A DNA stretch of 63,417 nt, filler included, from Parasitella parasitica NRRL 2501 (Eukaryota > Fungi > Mucoromycota): NCBI GenBank assembly GCA_025201805.1. It is 6 parts of 6 records of this genome, joined end to end, with 100 filler letters (N's around TTAATTAATTAA, not from the genome) between each part and the next. Parts side by side here need not be neighbours in the genome. Positions count along the whole stretch, not along the records: positions 1 to 30,933 come from MU619328.1; 5 more parts are not named here. The stretch is one strand, 5' to 3'. The position numbers were made by a program, and so were the translations under genes. The notes beneath the pieces are model-generated. The model worked only from the letters and a program-made list of their open reading frames with translations, was not told where the DNA came from and did no database searches. Shown here one piece after another: positions 1 to 13,059 of the stretch; within the stretch, counting starts at the first letter, position 1, and each line of letters begins with the position of its first letter.

Positions 1-361
1 ATACTTGATTTGTTTGATGAATCAAAACAAATCAAGATAATTGAAAACAAAGTATTGAATGATGAATTGTGTAAACTTGCAATTATTTTAAACCCTTACA
101 TTGCAAATGCGAACAATAATGTGATGAAATCAATTTCGATTTCAATTAAAAGGACATAGATTCAGTCAGTTACAAATATTTTAGTATGCCATTCCAGTGT
201 AACAGGTATGTTGGTTAAATATCATTGCATCCATTTTTATTACTACGTCCATTTTTTCGAATAAAGTATCAAGTTTTAAACAGTTCTCCTATTTCTATCA
301 CCAAATGCTTACAGATGTTGAATAAAGAAATAATAGAATTTTTACAATATTTTTGTTTGAC

Positions 362-505
362 TGGACGGACACATGATGCCTCTTTATATTTTGGCTGAAC
401 GAACAGTTTGGACAGCCTAAATAGACGGACAGCCTAAATGGACGGACGCATTATAGGTTTTTTATATTTTGGCTGAACGGACAGCTTGGACGGACACATT
501 ATACC
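362..505. repeat. Short imperfect direct-repeat cluster (GGACGGAC / TTTGGCTGAACG.ACAG.TTGGAC units)
   Basis: TTTGGCTGAACG(A/G)ACAG(T/C)TTGGAC occurs twice (~390 and ~468); GACAGCCTAAAT twice; GGACGGAC three times. Confidence 0.7.
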
Positions 506-1628
506 TTTTAGATGCGACACTACTTTCCTGAATTGTGTAATACCCTTTTCTAAAAACAAACGATACTGTTTAGTACCTTAACCCTCCCATTGGTGCTGTG
601 AATAATAACTTTTTTTTTTACAAGACTCACCATGCTCACCATGCTCCAATGATTCCTCAAATAGCGATGAATATGTTGTGGAGCAAGAACGTAGAGTAGT
701 TGAATATTGTTGACGCTAAAATAAAAAAAAAATGGACTATGGTGGAACTGTATTGACTGCCAATGACATTTATTTAGATTTATATTACCTTGTGGCAAAC
801 TTATGGTAATCAACACTTTTCTTTTTCTCTTTTTTTATTTCACTTCCCTTTTCAAACAAGTGCACAACAAAGTCAGACATACGTTCCGGGGTAGATTAGG
901 ATAGATTAGGGTAGATTAGAGGGAATTTATTTTATTATATGTATTAAAAGATCAGGTTATTCCTATGATGAACAATGCCCTTCATAATATATCAAAATAA
1001 ATTTCATCAGTAATATGTAAGGAGTATAATTAGATATATTTGTGATGGTCCCAAACATCGAGGAGTAGATCTCAAAGCCTGCCAATGAAGTGATATATGT
1101 GTATATGTGTGTACCTGTATGCCTATACGCAGTCAAAAGGAGCAAGAAGGGAGAAGAAGATCTCCAAATATAAGTGCAACCAAAGATAGGAGTCAAATAG
1201 CCAAACAAAAACAAGAAAGACAAACGTATAGCACGCTTTTTTTTTAAAAAAAAAAAGCTCATGCATCGAAGTTTACTGTTTGCCTTTATAATCCGGGCCT
1301 AGACATTGCATTTTATTTATAGTAGTGGTTTTTAACATAAACCTATTATATTCAAAAAAGTAGATCTGTATGGATACATACGATGAGTAGTAACTAGAAT
1401 ATAACAAGACGACGATCATATAATGTTTTGGAGCTAATTAAACCTTGGATTAGTATAAATTTGTCTATTTGCTCTGAATGCACTTTATAGTTACAAAATT
1501 ATAAATTATGCTATATGGGATGTGAATTAAGGTACAAGCAAAATACTCATCTATAAAAAGGCTTCAGATTTTGCAAATTTTTCTATCCTTTCTTCTTTTG
1601 CATATACATTAATAATAATATAAAAAAA

Positions 1629-2282
1629 ATGAAATCACAAAATATTTTCTTGTTGCTCGCTATCCTGGCTGTGTTGGCCAGAGATGCTACATGCGCAAAG
1701 AATGGTAAGAAGGTGTGTCAATATATGACAGAATCTTGATGATTGATGCCAAATGCTAGAAAATGAGCCTGATGAAAATGAGCCTGATGAAAACGAACCC
1801 GATGAGAACGAGGAAGGACATAAGCATCCAATGAACATGGCAACTGCTACAGGATCTCCTTTGCCTTCCTTATCGTCATCAGCTTCTGTATGGGCTTCTA
1901 CAACACCTACGAGCGCTTCAAGTAACTGGCCTGCTACTTCTGCCTCTTTGCCTACAGGTGCTGCAGTATCTGCATTGTCTTCTGTTGCCTCTGATATTGC
2001 TGCAGTTCAATCTTCTGTTGCCAGTGCTGCTTCCTCCTGGGTTGCTGGTGGTAAGACAAAATCAATGTCAAACTTTCGATTTTTAAGCTAATTTTTTGTG
2101 TCTGTACAGTTGGCAATGCCCCATCCGCCACGCTTGCATCTTCCTCTAACGTACCTGTACCATCTTCTTCTGTTTACAGACCTTATGCTGGCCCAAGCGT
2201 CCTTAGTGGATCCAATCATGTCGAAGTATCTATTGGTATTGCAACTGTTGGTATCTTGGCTTTCTTACTGACATTAGCTTAA
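1629..2282 (+). CDS. Secreted Ser/Ala-rich, probably GPI-anchored cell-surface protein with ENEPD repeats (3 exons)
   Basis: ATG 1629 with signal peptide MKSQNIFLLLAILAVLA; GTAAG introns at ~1704 and ~2051; (ENEPD)n repeat; Ser/Thr/Ala-rich body; hydrophobic tail IGIATVGILAFLLTLA* (TAA 2280-2282). Confidence 0.75.
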
Positions 2283-2678
2283 GAAAGAGAGAAAGTTAAT
2301 AGAAATCGCGAATTTTTTCTAGCATACAATAATAAACAAACATATAATCATTAACAAAATTCAGTCCTTTGTGCTTTTTAATAAGCATGTATTGAGAGTA
2401 TATATTAAGTGCTTTGTAAATCCCCTTGTGAGAACAAGTTTTTATTGTTGACTAATTAGATGTAACGGTAATTTCGTCAGGAACAAAAATGTCTCTTGTT
2501 TCTCTAAATCAGACATTGCCCCTTAAAGAGCATACTGTACCTTGATTTACTTGTTCTCCTACATGGCATACATGTATATTTCTTTCTTTTTTTTTAAAAA
2601 AAAAAAACTCTCATCTTCCACTTTCTTTCTTTATTATCTTCTTTCTTTTTCTAATTGTTAACATACATTAATCACACA

Positions 2679-3330
2679 ATGAAGGTTATTTCAATGAGTT
2701 GTCTTATATTCGCAGCTGTTGCAAGCGCTGCTGCCCAAATCACTGCACCCACCAGAAATTACAATGTAACAAGCCCAGTTAGCAATGGTCCTTATGTGAT
2801 CGGTCAAATCTTACCATGTACCTATCGCCTTTTCTCTGACGTGGACAGCTCAGGTAAGAAACTCATCGCCTTGTGCTATATTCTGAACTTGCACTCATTT
2901 AATATGAACCAAAGCTCTGAATCTTCAAATCGATTTGGAACCTACACCTGCTGGGGTAAACACTACGACTATCCCGATCGCCATTACAGCTGATGTGTCC
3001 AAAACAGATGCATTTGTGAAACGCGAAGGAAATTTGACTTACTTTGAGCATTCTATCAACTTCAATATACCAACCACTGTCAAGCCTGGCAATTACCATT
3101 GTGTCTTTTTCGACAAGTCTACAAATACCAAGTTGCCTATTCCCATTGAAATTCGTCCTGCTGCAGTTCCTACCTCTACTGGTATCAGAACCCAAAGCAC
3201 AGGAGCTCCTGGACATTCTCAGTCACCTGGTTCTATTTTTGCTCAAGCTGCTGCTTCTAATACCTCTCCATTGACCACAAAAACATTGGTTGCTTTAGTT
3301 ACTGTTGCTGGTGTTGCATTTTTACTATAA
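2679..3330 (+). CDS. Secreted, probably GPI-anchored Ser/Thr-rich protein with small N-terminal beta-rich domain (2 exons)
   Basis: Signal peptide MKVISMSCLIFAAVASAAA; intron GTAAGA ~2854 to AAG ~2914 joins ORF 2655..2993 to ORF 2935..3330; hydrophobic tail LVALVTVAGVAFLL*. Confidence 0.8.
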
Positions 3331-4117
3331 TTTTAGGGAGAGAAGGGAGATAGAAGCGTGAAAAAGTAAAAAGAAAGGCCATCTCTATAGCACTATTTGT
3401 AATGTAATCTGTTGATTTAATATACATAATATCTCATATTACTCTAGTTTCATTTCTTTATTTTTTTTTTACTTATTTTTAATAATAAATGATGACATTT
3501 CTACTATACAAGAGACAAAGAAAAAAAGTAAAAAAAGGGGGGGGGGGAATAAAGCATCGTACCGATATATGCACTTGATGCAGTTTTTGATCTGCCTTGG
3601 TCACGCGGAGTGTACTCTTGCTTGATTAGATGCCTTCCAGTTACTACATGAACGATGTTTTGTTAAGCCAACTATATAGAAGCCATTCAAGCACAGCAAT
3701 TGCTAAGCTATGTAAACATTTTTATCAACGAAATGACAGAAATATAACCTTTTTTCGCTCATTTCAAAGCTTTGGGTCATTGAACACCATAATAAAAAAA
3801 TCCGATTGATATCACAATCCAACCTAATTCGTAATATTATTTTTTTGCTTACATAGACAAATTTTGATTTATAATAAAAAGACAGCAGTACACGAGTATG
3901 CTATTTCATCAGCACTTTGGAAAACATAACTAACACAGAAACTGTATATTCTGCATAAATCAATCACTTGATAATTAAAATAAATGCTTCGAGGTGGAAA
4001 CCCCGGTGTGCGAGTGAAGGGTGCTCCAAGAAACAAAAGCATTAAGACAAAGCCAAGTAATTTTTCCTCTTTTTCCTACACATTATTTTCTCCTAAATAC
4101 CCACAAAATAACGTAAA

Positions 4118-5872
4118 ATGCAACATACTACAGAAGACCAGTTTAATGTTCAATGGGATGTTCTTTCTGATTCCCACAACGGTCTGCCACTTGATCCATT
4201 GAGCGAGTTTGAACATAGTGAGCCTGCAATATTACCATCACATAGTGTGAGTTATTTTTCTTGGCATATAATACTAGCTAATGTTTTGTACAGTATTTAT
4301 CAGATTCATCCCATATTGAGATTGACCTTGATATTTCGGACAAGCAGCAACCATTCAGCAATGATACCAGCCTAAACGGAGACAGTATGAGTGAGCAAAG
4401 TAATAGCAGCGTTCTTTATGATCAAGCACATCATCCACAGCAGCAACGGCAACAACCACCGCCACCACCACCACTAGATGGCAGAATACGTGTGTCTGAA
4501 CCTAGGAAAGAAACAGAACAGCAAAGTACATTCATATCCTATCTAGTCCAATCTAATGTAAGCATGGATGAGTAGTAATTACTGCTTTTTTTTTCCTTTT
4601 TCTCTTACAGTACCATAGAAGAAGCAAGTTCGTAGACGTTTCCAAGATTTTGTATGGCTGCATAATGTACTATATACGCATTTTCCTGCATGTTTTGTTC
4701 CTCCATTGCCAGATAAGCATCGTTTAGGTGAGACAATAGGCTTCATCAAAGTGTTATATCCTTGTTTTAACATAGATATGAATTGTAGAGTATGTAAAAG
4801 GTGATCGTTTTAGCACCGATTTCATCGAAAAGAGAAGGATCAGTTTGGAAAGGTTTATCAAACGTCTTGCAAGACATCCGATCCTTGGACATGCAGAGTT
4901 TTTCATCATGTTTCTGGAATCGTCCGAATTTGTATGTAGTTGTATGTTGGTGTTACTGCTAAGCAATTTAATCATATTTGTATATACAGAACGATGCGTC
5001 TGCAAGAGCTTTGAGAGAAGGGCAAGAGACGGTTATTGACACCATAGGTGATTCACTGCTGAATGCATTCTCCAAGATACGCAAGCCAGATCCGCGCTTC
5101 GTCGAAATGAAAGAACGAACCGAGCGAATGGAAGAGAACTTGGACATATTACAAAAGACGTTATTGAGAACCCACAAACGGACCGAAGATTTGTGTCACG
5201 ATTACGAGGAACTTACATCTAGTGTGCGTGGTTTATCCGATATTGAACCATCATACAAAGCACCTTTGGATCTTTTTGCACAGGGATTAGAAAAATACGC
5301 TTGCAATTTAAAGATGATGGCATGTGAAGACAACAAATGGCAAATTGAAGTGAATGACTACATGGCCTATTTTCATGCAGTCAAGGATGTTTTGAAATTG
5401 CGGGATCAAAAGCAGCTCGATTTTGAAGATTTATCAGACTACTTGAAGACAACAGTTGAAGAAAGAGAAAAGATCATGCGGACCGGTGATGGCGGAGGCG
5501 TGGCAAGATTTCTTGCAGGGAAGCTAAACGAGGTTCGAGGGGCAGATACAGATAAAATTAAGCGAGAGAAAATGCTGAAATTGGATGAACGAATCCGTGA
5601 ATTGAAAGATGCTATTGATCAAACCCATCAAGTCTCTACTGCTTTTTCGGATCAGGTTAAAAAGGAAGATGCTTTTTTCAAGAGTAACAAGGCTGTAGAA
5701 ATGTTTGATGCGCTTAAAACTTACACTGACGCCAAAGTCAATTTTTATCAAGATGTAAGTTGTATTTTATGCTTTTTGTGTATGTAGACTCATCATTCGT
5801 GTACAGAGTGTCAACGTTTGGAGACAAGTGGTCCAGTCACTTGAAAACAATGCTGAACCAAGTGTATTATAG
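4118..5872 (+). CDS. SNX4: Sorting nexin-4 / Atg24-like PX-BAR protein (multi-exon)
   Basis: PX motifs VRRRFQDFVWLH, PPLPDKHR, FIEKRRISLERFIKRLARHPIL; BAR region IRKPDPRFVEMKE, LKLRDQKQLDFEDLSDYL; GT-AG introns. Confidence 0.9.
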
Positions 5873-6262
5873 CAGATACGTATATATATATGATACTTAC
5901 GGCGCCAAATGATAATTCATTCATACCATGATGTATAATAAAATTAGTTTTTAAGCTGCATCCTTGTATATTGATCTTGACGAGATGGCCAGTTGGGCTT
6001 AAGTTTCTTGCCCTGTTTAGAACCCACATGTATTTTATTATTAGTTAAATTGCCTTCCATTATATTCTGTACCATTTGCAAGACAAAAAAAAAACCAAAA
6101 AACAAAACAAAGAGCAGCCAAAAAAAAAAAGCTTACTTTGCAAATAGTACATAGTCAACCTGTATAGCTTTAAAAATTAACTAAAAGTGTATACTGATAG
6201 AATGAATATTTATTAACAATTCTCTTAGTATTCTTTTTAAGATGATTGCCGCTCATTTCGAA

Positions 6263-7664
6263 TCAGTTATTTTTATTTTTTAGTTGAGACAAATGTACAG
6301 CAATTTGGCCACCTATCTTTGCATTATTTTTGACAAGTGCAATGTCTATTGTTATGCTGTTAATACTTTGAGCTAAAATGGTCAGTCTGCGTTTATGCTT
6401 ACTGGCAGCCAAAGATTCACCTTTGGTGAGTTCAGCAATACGTTTCAATAGGAATGGCGTCTCTTCTTTTCCATGAACGTTATTTGTTCTTGCTTCGGCA
6501 ATCGCCATGTCGATGGCTTGTTGAATCGATCTGGCATCAGCAGCAGATTCAGCAGGAATGGGAACTGCAAATACCATTCCGCTATTCATTTCCAGCTCAT
6601 GGTTTGCAACTAGTGTATTTGTAATGAGAATTGTATAAACAAAACTATACCTAAAGAAACATACATATCGATTTAGCAGCATCTAGGGGATTTTCAACCT
6701 GATAAGGGCTCTATATTTTCCATTTAGCACATCAATATATCGTGGTTGTCAACACTTGCGTTATATCCACTGTCAGGAGTATAAAAGGCTGGAAATTTGC
6801 TATCTTCTCCAAAAGTAGTTACAGTAACGCCTTGAGTTTCAAGAACTTCCAGCGTCTTGGGAATATCTAAAATACTCTTTACGCCTGCACAAATAACTGC
6901 TACAGGTGTTCTCCCCAACTCTGTCAAATCTGCACTAATATCAAACGCTAATTCACAGGATTAAATATATAATGCAGTTCTAGGAATGTGTATCAGGGCA
7001 TTACATTGTTCAGCTCCTCTGTGTACGCCTCCAATACCTCCAGTGACAAAAATGGGAATACCAGCGGCTCTAGCTAGTATCATAGTGGATGCGACAGTGG
7101 TAGCACCTGCTTTTTTCTATGTACATGTAAACATCACCGTCAAACTACCAGTGATTAACCGATCAATAGGCATCTTACTTGGCAAAGGACCATAGACAAA
7201 TCACGCCTAGATGTCTTTTGAGCTTTAGGGCCAATTTTACCCAAGTGCTCAAGTGTTTTATCAGTCAGACCTAATAAACAGAACATGGAGATTAAATCCA
7301 TGCGTCGTCGATATGTTTGTCTCTTTTGTAGATTGCTATACCAATGTGGACACGACCGTCTAATAGAGCAATTGTTGCAGGAATTGCTCCCTGCTCCCGT
7401 ATGATATTCTCTACCGCTTTGGCAGTTTCTACGTTTTGGGGATATGGCATACCTATTCGATTATAGATCAAAATGTGTGTGTATATGCACAACCTCTACA
7501 TCATATGTACCGTGGCTAATAATAGTAGACTCAAGAGCAACCACAGGCCCTCTTCTCTCTATTGCTGCTTTTATCTCGGGGGTAATTATAAAGTTTTTAG
7601 CAATAGGGTATGCATGAAAGCCTCTCTTGACAACGGTTAATACGCGACGACTTGCCAGCAGCAT
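6263..7664 (-). CDS. psuG: Pseudouridine-5'-phosphate glycosidase (PsuG/IndA family), stand-alone, multi-exon
   Basis: [95 protein letters not shown]. Confidence 0.92.
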
Positions 7665-7714
7665 ATTGAAAAAAGGAGGCAGAAGAGAAAAATAGTTATA
7701 TTTTATTCAGCTAG

Positions 7715-9135
7715 TTAAACGTCATTATTGCCGAAAAAATCGCTTAGCGTGTCCAAGAAGCTGCCTTCATCGTCAGGATTGCTTACACCTGCCTGTTCGT
7801 CACTTAACCATGGATCACCCCATTCGTTTGTATTTGATTCAGCAGGTGCATTCGAGGGGGGAGGCATATTATTCCCTCCAAAACTACCGCTATTTTCTCC
7901 AACAGCTGAGCCAGCTGCTGTTGTACCAGCATCTGCAGTAGACTGATCATCTTGTTTATTGTCCACGCCACTCCCACCCATACCAAACATTGGGAACGGC
8001 ATAAATCCACCACTGCTGTATTTTCGCAGGTCAAAAAAATCAGCACAAGTAGGATGATCATATTACTACGCTTGCTTACCCATGGGTCGAATGTCTGGAA
8101 AAGTAATCGAAATCAATGGAAACAGCACACGCCAATGTCACTGCTCTTTCGTCTAATGTCATTCCTCGAGAATTGCCATCCACAGCATCCATACGGAGGA
8201 CATACTCGCCAGTGTCTGTAAAGATTTCCCTTGCAAAGCCAACAAAATTGCGACTGACATTACCAAGGGTACCGCCATGTTCGTCCTGAAGGTTAAAGTC
8301 CCAGCCCAGGAAGGGCGTATCAATGGAGGCAAATTGCTTTGTTCTATAGCATCACACAGTGAGAGAAAGAGATTGGCTGATTTCGAATCCACTTACCCTA
8401 CAAATAAATCGTACTTTCTACGCATTAAATTCCAGCGCTGCTGCACTTCACCCACAAGCTCATCATTGGCAGTGTATATAAAGATACGACTATTGACCAA
8501 GGAATAAGGGCGAACGATCTTGAAGACAACTTCACCCTGGGCGTTCATAATGGTAGCATTCATTTTACGATGTGTTCTTAAAAACTGTCGACTGATTGAT
8601 TTTCCAAGGCCTTCTTCTTCTGCGATGTAGCCAATGTGGTTTCCTTGAGGATCCATGATTTTGTATCTATTTGCTTGCTCGTATCCTAAAAATACGTTCA
8701 TCATTTCCAGTTCTCTGCCAACAACGATTGCCGACTGTGTTAGCAAGGCAGCCCCCCGAGAATCAGGCTTGACAATTTGGTGTTCTTTGTCAATTGGCAC
8801 TGTCACCAGAGTGTCCACTGTGGATTGTGCTTCTTGTGAGGGTGCTGGTTTTTCGTATATCAAGGCCTCTTCCGTTGTAATCTTGGGAGCCATGTTTTCG
8901 ACTGCGTATCGAATTGGCTTGTTACGAACAGGCTCAACATGGTTCAAAACTCGACTGCGCGGGCCTAAATACATACATTTACTATCGCCGGTGTATGATT
9001 CAATCGTAGCATTATCTTACCTGGTTGACGAGGTCTACGGAGAGAAGAATACGCTTGTCTTGTTGGCCTAGTGGTACGAAGGGCTGGCTGTCTTTCTAGC
9101 GTTCTTGTTAATGTTAACAGTCTACTTTTATACAT
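7715..9135 (-). CDS. AIM25: Phospholipid scramblase family protein, AIM25-like (mitochondrial)
   Basis: Arg-rich presequence MYKSRLLTLTRTLERQ; RELEMMNVFLGYEQANRYKI, RQFLRTHR, GEVQQRWNLMRRKYDLF; acidic Gly-rich tail. Confidence 0.85.
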
Positions 9136-9295
9136 TTCTAAAGTAGTAAAATGCACAGCAAAGAGAGCTGCTAATTTATAGAGACGCTCATCGTGGTGGC
9201 TTATAAACCCGCTGCGAAGAGTAAACATTTGATGGTTTTTTTGCCTCTCATCTTAACCTTCTTATCTATATACATGTATATATATATATATCAAG

Positions 9296-10514
9296 ATGTC
9301 AGAGCAGCAAAATAACAATAATAGCAACGAAAACACAGTTAGCAATAAGCCAATGGGTCCTGAAAAGGCTAAAAGTCAATACGCCATGGATTTCAACAAC
9401 TTGGACAAGGAGCTATCGCAAGTGCCACTCTTTATGAGAGATCTGCCTACAGAGGAAAATGATGTGCTGGCAGCACTGCAATCACTTGTCTTTGACGGTA
9501 CACCTGAAGGTAAGAAGGTGTCAGCTATCTGCACTGGCTTCGATTTAACGCAATGTATAAAATATAAGAGGTGGCACAAAACTTTAGAGAACAAGGCAAT
9601 GATTGTTTCCGTGCCGGGAAAGCCAAGTATCCAGATGCCATTGCGTTTTACACACAAGCTCTTGACACTGAATGCAAAGATTTGGGCATTGTAGAAGCTT
9701 GCTTAGCTAATAGAGCAGCATGTAACTTGGAATTGAAGAATTATGGTCGTACCTTGACTGACTGCAGTAAATGCTTGAAAATCAATCCCAAAAACATCAA
9801 GGCGTGGTATCGATCAGCCAAAGCGCTTTTTGCTCTTGACAAATTAGTAGAATCCATTGATTGCTGTGATCATGCATTGGAAGTAGACGCTGACAACAAA
9901 CTCATTAAAGATATCCGCCAGCAAGCCCTAAAGCGAAAAACCCAGATTGATGAAAAGATTAGACAGAAGGAGGAAAGGGAAGAACGTGAGCGCAACAACA
10001 AGCAAATTCTAGAGAATGCGTTCAAGGTGGGCTACTAGTATTACTATCTTGTCATGAAATGAGCAGCAGGTACTGAGTATGTGGTATATTTCCTTTGTAG
10101 GAGCGCAATATCAAAATCCAAGTAGATGACAAGGATGCTAGAGAAAAAGCCAGCATTGAATACGACCACGAAACTCAAACCATCAACTGGCCAGTGTTTT
10201 TCCTGTACCCGGAGTACAAGGAGAGTGATTATATTCAATCGTTCAACGAAACCAACACATTCAAAGATCATTTAGACGTTGTGTTTGAGCAACCGGCTCC
10301 TTGGGATGCTAATCATCAATATACAGCCGATAATGTTGAGATCTTTTTCGAAGATAGTTGTGGTTTGAAACTCATCAAAATCGGTAAGAAATTGCCTCTT
10401 GGTAAGATATTGTCGCTTGATCAGTACACTATCAAGAACGGTGTACCCTCTTTTATCATTTTGTGCAAAGGCTCACCATTCCGAGAAGAATTTATCAACA
10501 AGTACAAGAAATAA
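9296..10514 (+). CDS. CNS1: Hsp70/Hsp90 co-chaperone CNS1/TTC4 (TPR protein), 3 exons
   Basis: VPLFMRDLP..ENDVLAALQSLVFDGTPE, AQNFREQGNDCFR, NRAACNLELKNYGR TPR repeats, WPVFFLYPEYKESDYI wheel domain. Confidence 0.9.
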
Positions 10515-11331
10515 AAGCTTGTATACTACTGCAGGTGTTGCATTATTATAAATACCGCCTAATAATTTTGTAGCTCTTATCAAACTGTCTTTTTTTCTAA
10601 AGCGCGAGAGAGAAGTTGGTATGCTCATGTTGCTTAGTCCTTCAAACTAAAAGGCACGGCATCACATTTTTGTTTACAGCTACAGCTACGTCGGTGTTTA
10701 AATGACTGATGCATCGTTCGATAGGGTTGATGAGCGAAAAAATGCCATCTTGACACTTTTCAAAATTTAAAGAGTTATATCTTGTGTAGTTGTATAGTAT
10801 ATCAACATTTAGTTTATAATGATATTGTTGTTAATTCTTGACGCTCTATTTGTGAGTATTTTTTGTTTTTGAAAATAATCACTAGCGGAAGGATTTACTT
10901 TTAAATTTTGAAAAACCAGTTTTTAAAGTAAAAGTCTTATATCTTGATAAGAAAAACGCAAACAAACGTTTCTCAGCGATAGAAGGGTCTTTTACCGTCA
11001 ATCGACTTCAGCATTGTCCTTGGGTAGAATCTCGTTTTCCCAGTCATATCTTGGATTATGCCAAAAAAAGAGAATTCTCCTTGCCTCTACTCATGAAAAA
11101 GTCGAGGCAAAATCACTTGATTTTTAAATGCGTAAAAATGATGTAAAACACATCAGTTGAGCTAGGACACTGTTTTGATAGACTCTGGAGTGTTGCCCCA
11201 CTTGCAATGCGCTTCTTAAAGTGCCATTTCATGCGTTTTTCGTGAAACAGTGGCATTTCGTCGCATGTTTCTTGTGGATAATTACATGATAACGTTGCTA
11301 AGCAAACAAAAGACTTTTCCATGCTTTTTAT

Positions 11332-12021
11332 TTACAATTGATCATGATGAATAGATTCAAAGCTTTCAGCTGAATCACTTCTCTTTTCGTCATCGAGGTC
11401 AGACCAACTAGATTCTGATTTATCAGCAGGTAACAAAGGCGGTGAAGGCGATCTTGCAACAAAGAAGCCATCTGAAAATGGATCTGCGTCTTGCTCTGGA
11501 GTGTTTTCGTGGACCAATCCTGTGATACTGTTGCCTCTTGCACGGATTAATTCCTTACTTCTTTCCAATTCAGCCTCTTGTTTGCGCAGTAGTTCTTTTT
11601 CTCCCTCTAGAAAGCTTTTCCGACCTGAAATAGATTGCTCCAACTCAGAAAATTCATCCTAATATTGGTTTAATTAAACTACATAAGAATCCTTGCAAGT
11701 TCAATCATTTGTAGCTACCTCTTTAGTGATGTTGGGGTTTTTACGTTGCCTCAATTCACTTGCTTGTAACGAGTTTCTTTTATCTTTCCACATGCCTAGC
11801 GGTTCATCATCATCATCTTCTTCGTCTTCAGATTCATCATTATTGAAGACGGTTACTGGTGTACATTGGTTTTTTTCGTTATGCATTTTCACGTACTCTT
11901 CATACTCTCTTTTTTCTTTTCGTACATTGCGCCATTCATTGATTGCATTGACAGCTTCATACCCACTCCATAAGACAAGAGCACCTCCTACGATAATAGC
12001 AGCAAAGGCAACTGGATGCAT
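11332..12021 (-). CDS. Hypothetical protein with N-terminal membrane anchor, acidic stretch and coiled coil (2 exons)
   Basis: MHPVAFAAIIVGGALVLW hydrophobic start; ORFs 11701..12021 and 11332..11643 joinable by an intron at ~11660-11715. Confidence 0.65.
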
Positions 12022-13059
12022 TTTTTAGTTAAGAAAAAGAATAAGAAGGAAAAGATAAAAAAAAAGAATAAAAAAAGGCGCATCACATGAATTCAGTTAA
12101 ATATAGCTTCTCAATCCAGTACAAAAGTAAGTGAATCGGTTCACATACTTTTGGGCAAAAGCAAAATGTCCAGACTGCCCTGTCTGGAAATGAACTTTCA
12201 CACCACCTTTTGCAATGGATGATAAAATGAAGATAAATACAGATTAAGTGAATGTCAAGTTTAATACAGTTTTGAACGGCAAAGAAGACCTTCCATTATA
12301 TCCATATTGCAAGCAAACTCTATTACAGTACACCCCTATTAAAATTTCATCAAGAAACTATTAGAGGATGTAAAGACAAGTTCAAGGTGCCATCTTGAAC
12401 ATTTTTCAAAGAAGGAGAAGGAGAAAACAGTAAACCATGGCCATGACAAACCATTTCTTAAATCAGTGTCTATGCCATATCGCCAATGATATAGAACAAA
12501 CTCCCCCAACACCTATCATTATGATGGAAACGATATAATGCACATTTCTTTGCCAGATTGCCCTTTCATAATGATTATTTGCCAGTTGCTTACGATCCTA
12601 GTCGACGCTAATCTTTTGACTATTGGGACGCAAACGATGAATGCTTTGGCTACCTCTACTATCCACCTAGATATTAAAGAAGGACCAAAAGCTGGGCCAT
12701 CCTCTTGCGCAGCGGGAAACAAGTTTGGCTTGAAAACTTTTAGATTCGATCTGTATAATGCCCGCAGCAATGAATTAAATATAATGAAGCAAAGTAAAGA
12801 AATAATGACAAGGAAACATACTTGATAATTTAGCCCACAGCTTCCATTTATATCAGCACTTATGGAATCACAGCCGAAAGTTGATTTCAAGATACACTGG
12901 AAACAGACAGTAATCTGAGCATCATGGTATTCTGGATTTTTCAAATCATAGATGACCGAGAGGATCCCAGTAATCCTGCCCAAATTTTTTTTTTAAAAAA
13001 TTAAGGGTAGAGGGCTTTTTTCTGATACTGAGACAAGTATGCTCAGACGGAATACTATT

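Noticed and set aside
890-922. GGTAGATTAG-like tandem repeat resembling a telomeric seed
   Set aside because: Only three imperfect units, internal position, no match to a telomere unit I can support
12100-13000. ORFs 12519..12983 (-) and 12538..12825 (+) as a gene
   Set aside because: No recognisable motifs and no consistent exon chain; may be decayed sequence next to the Tc1 relic
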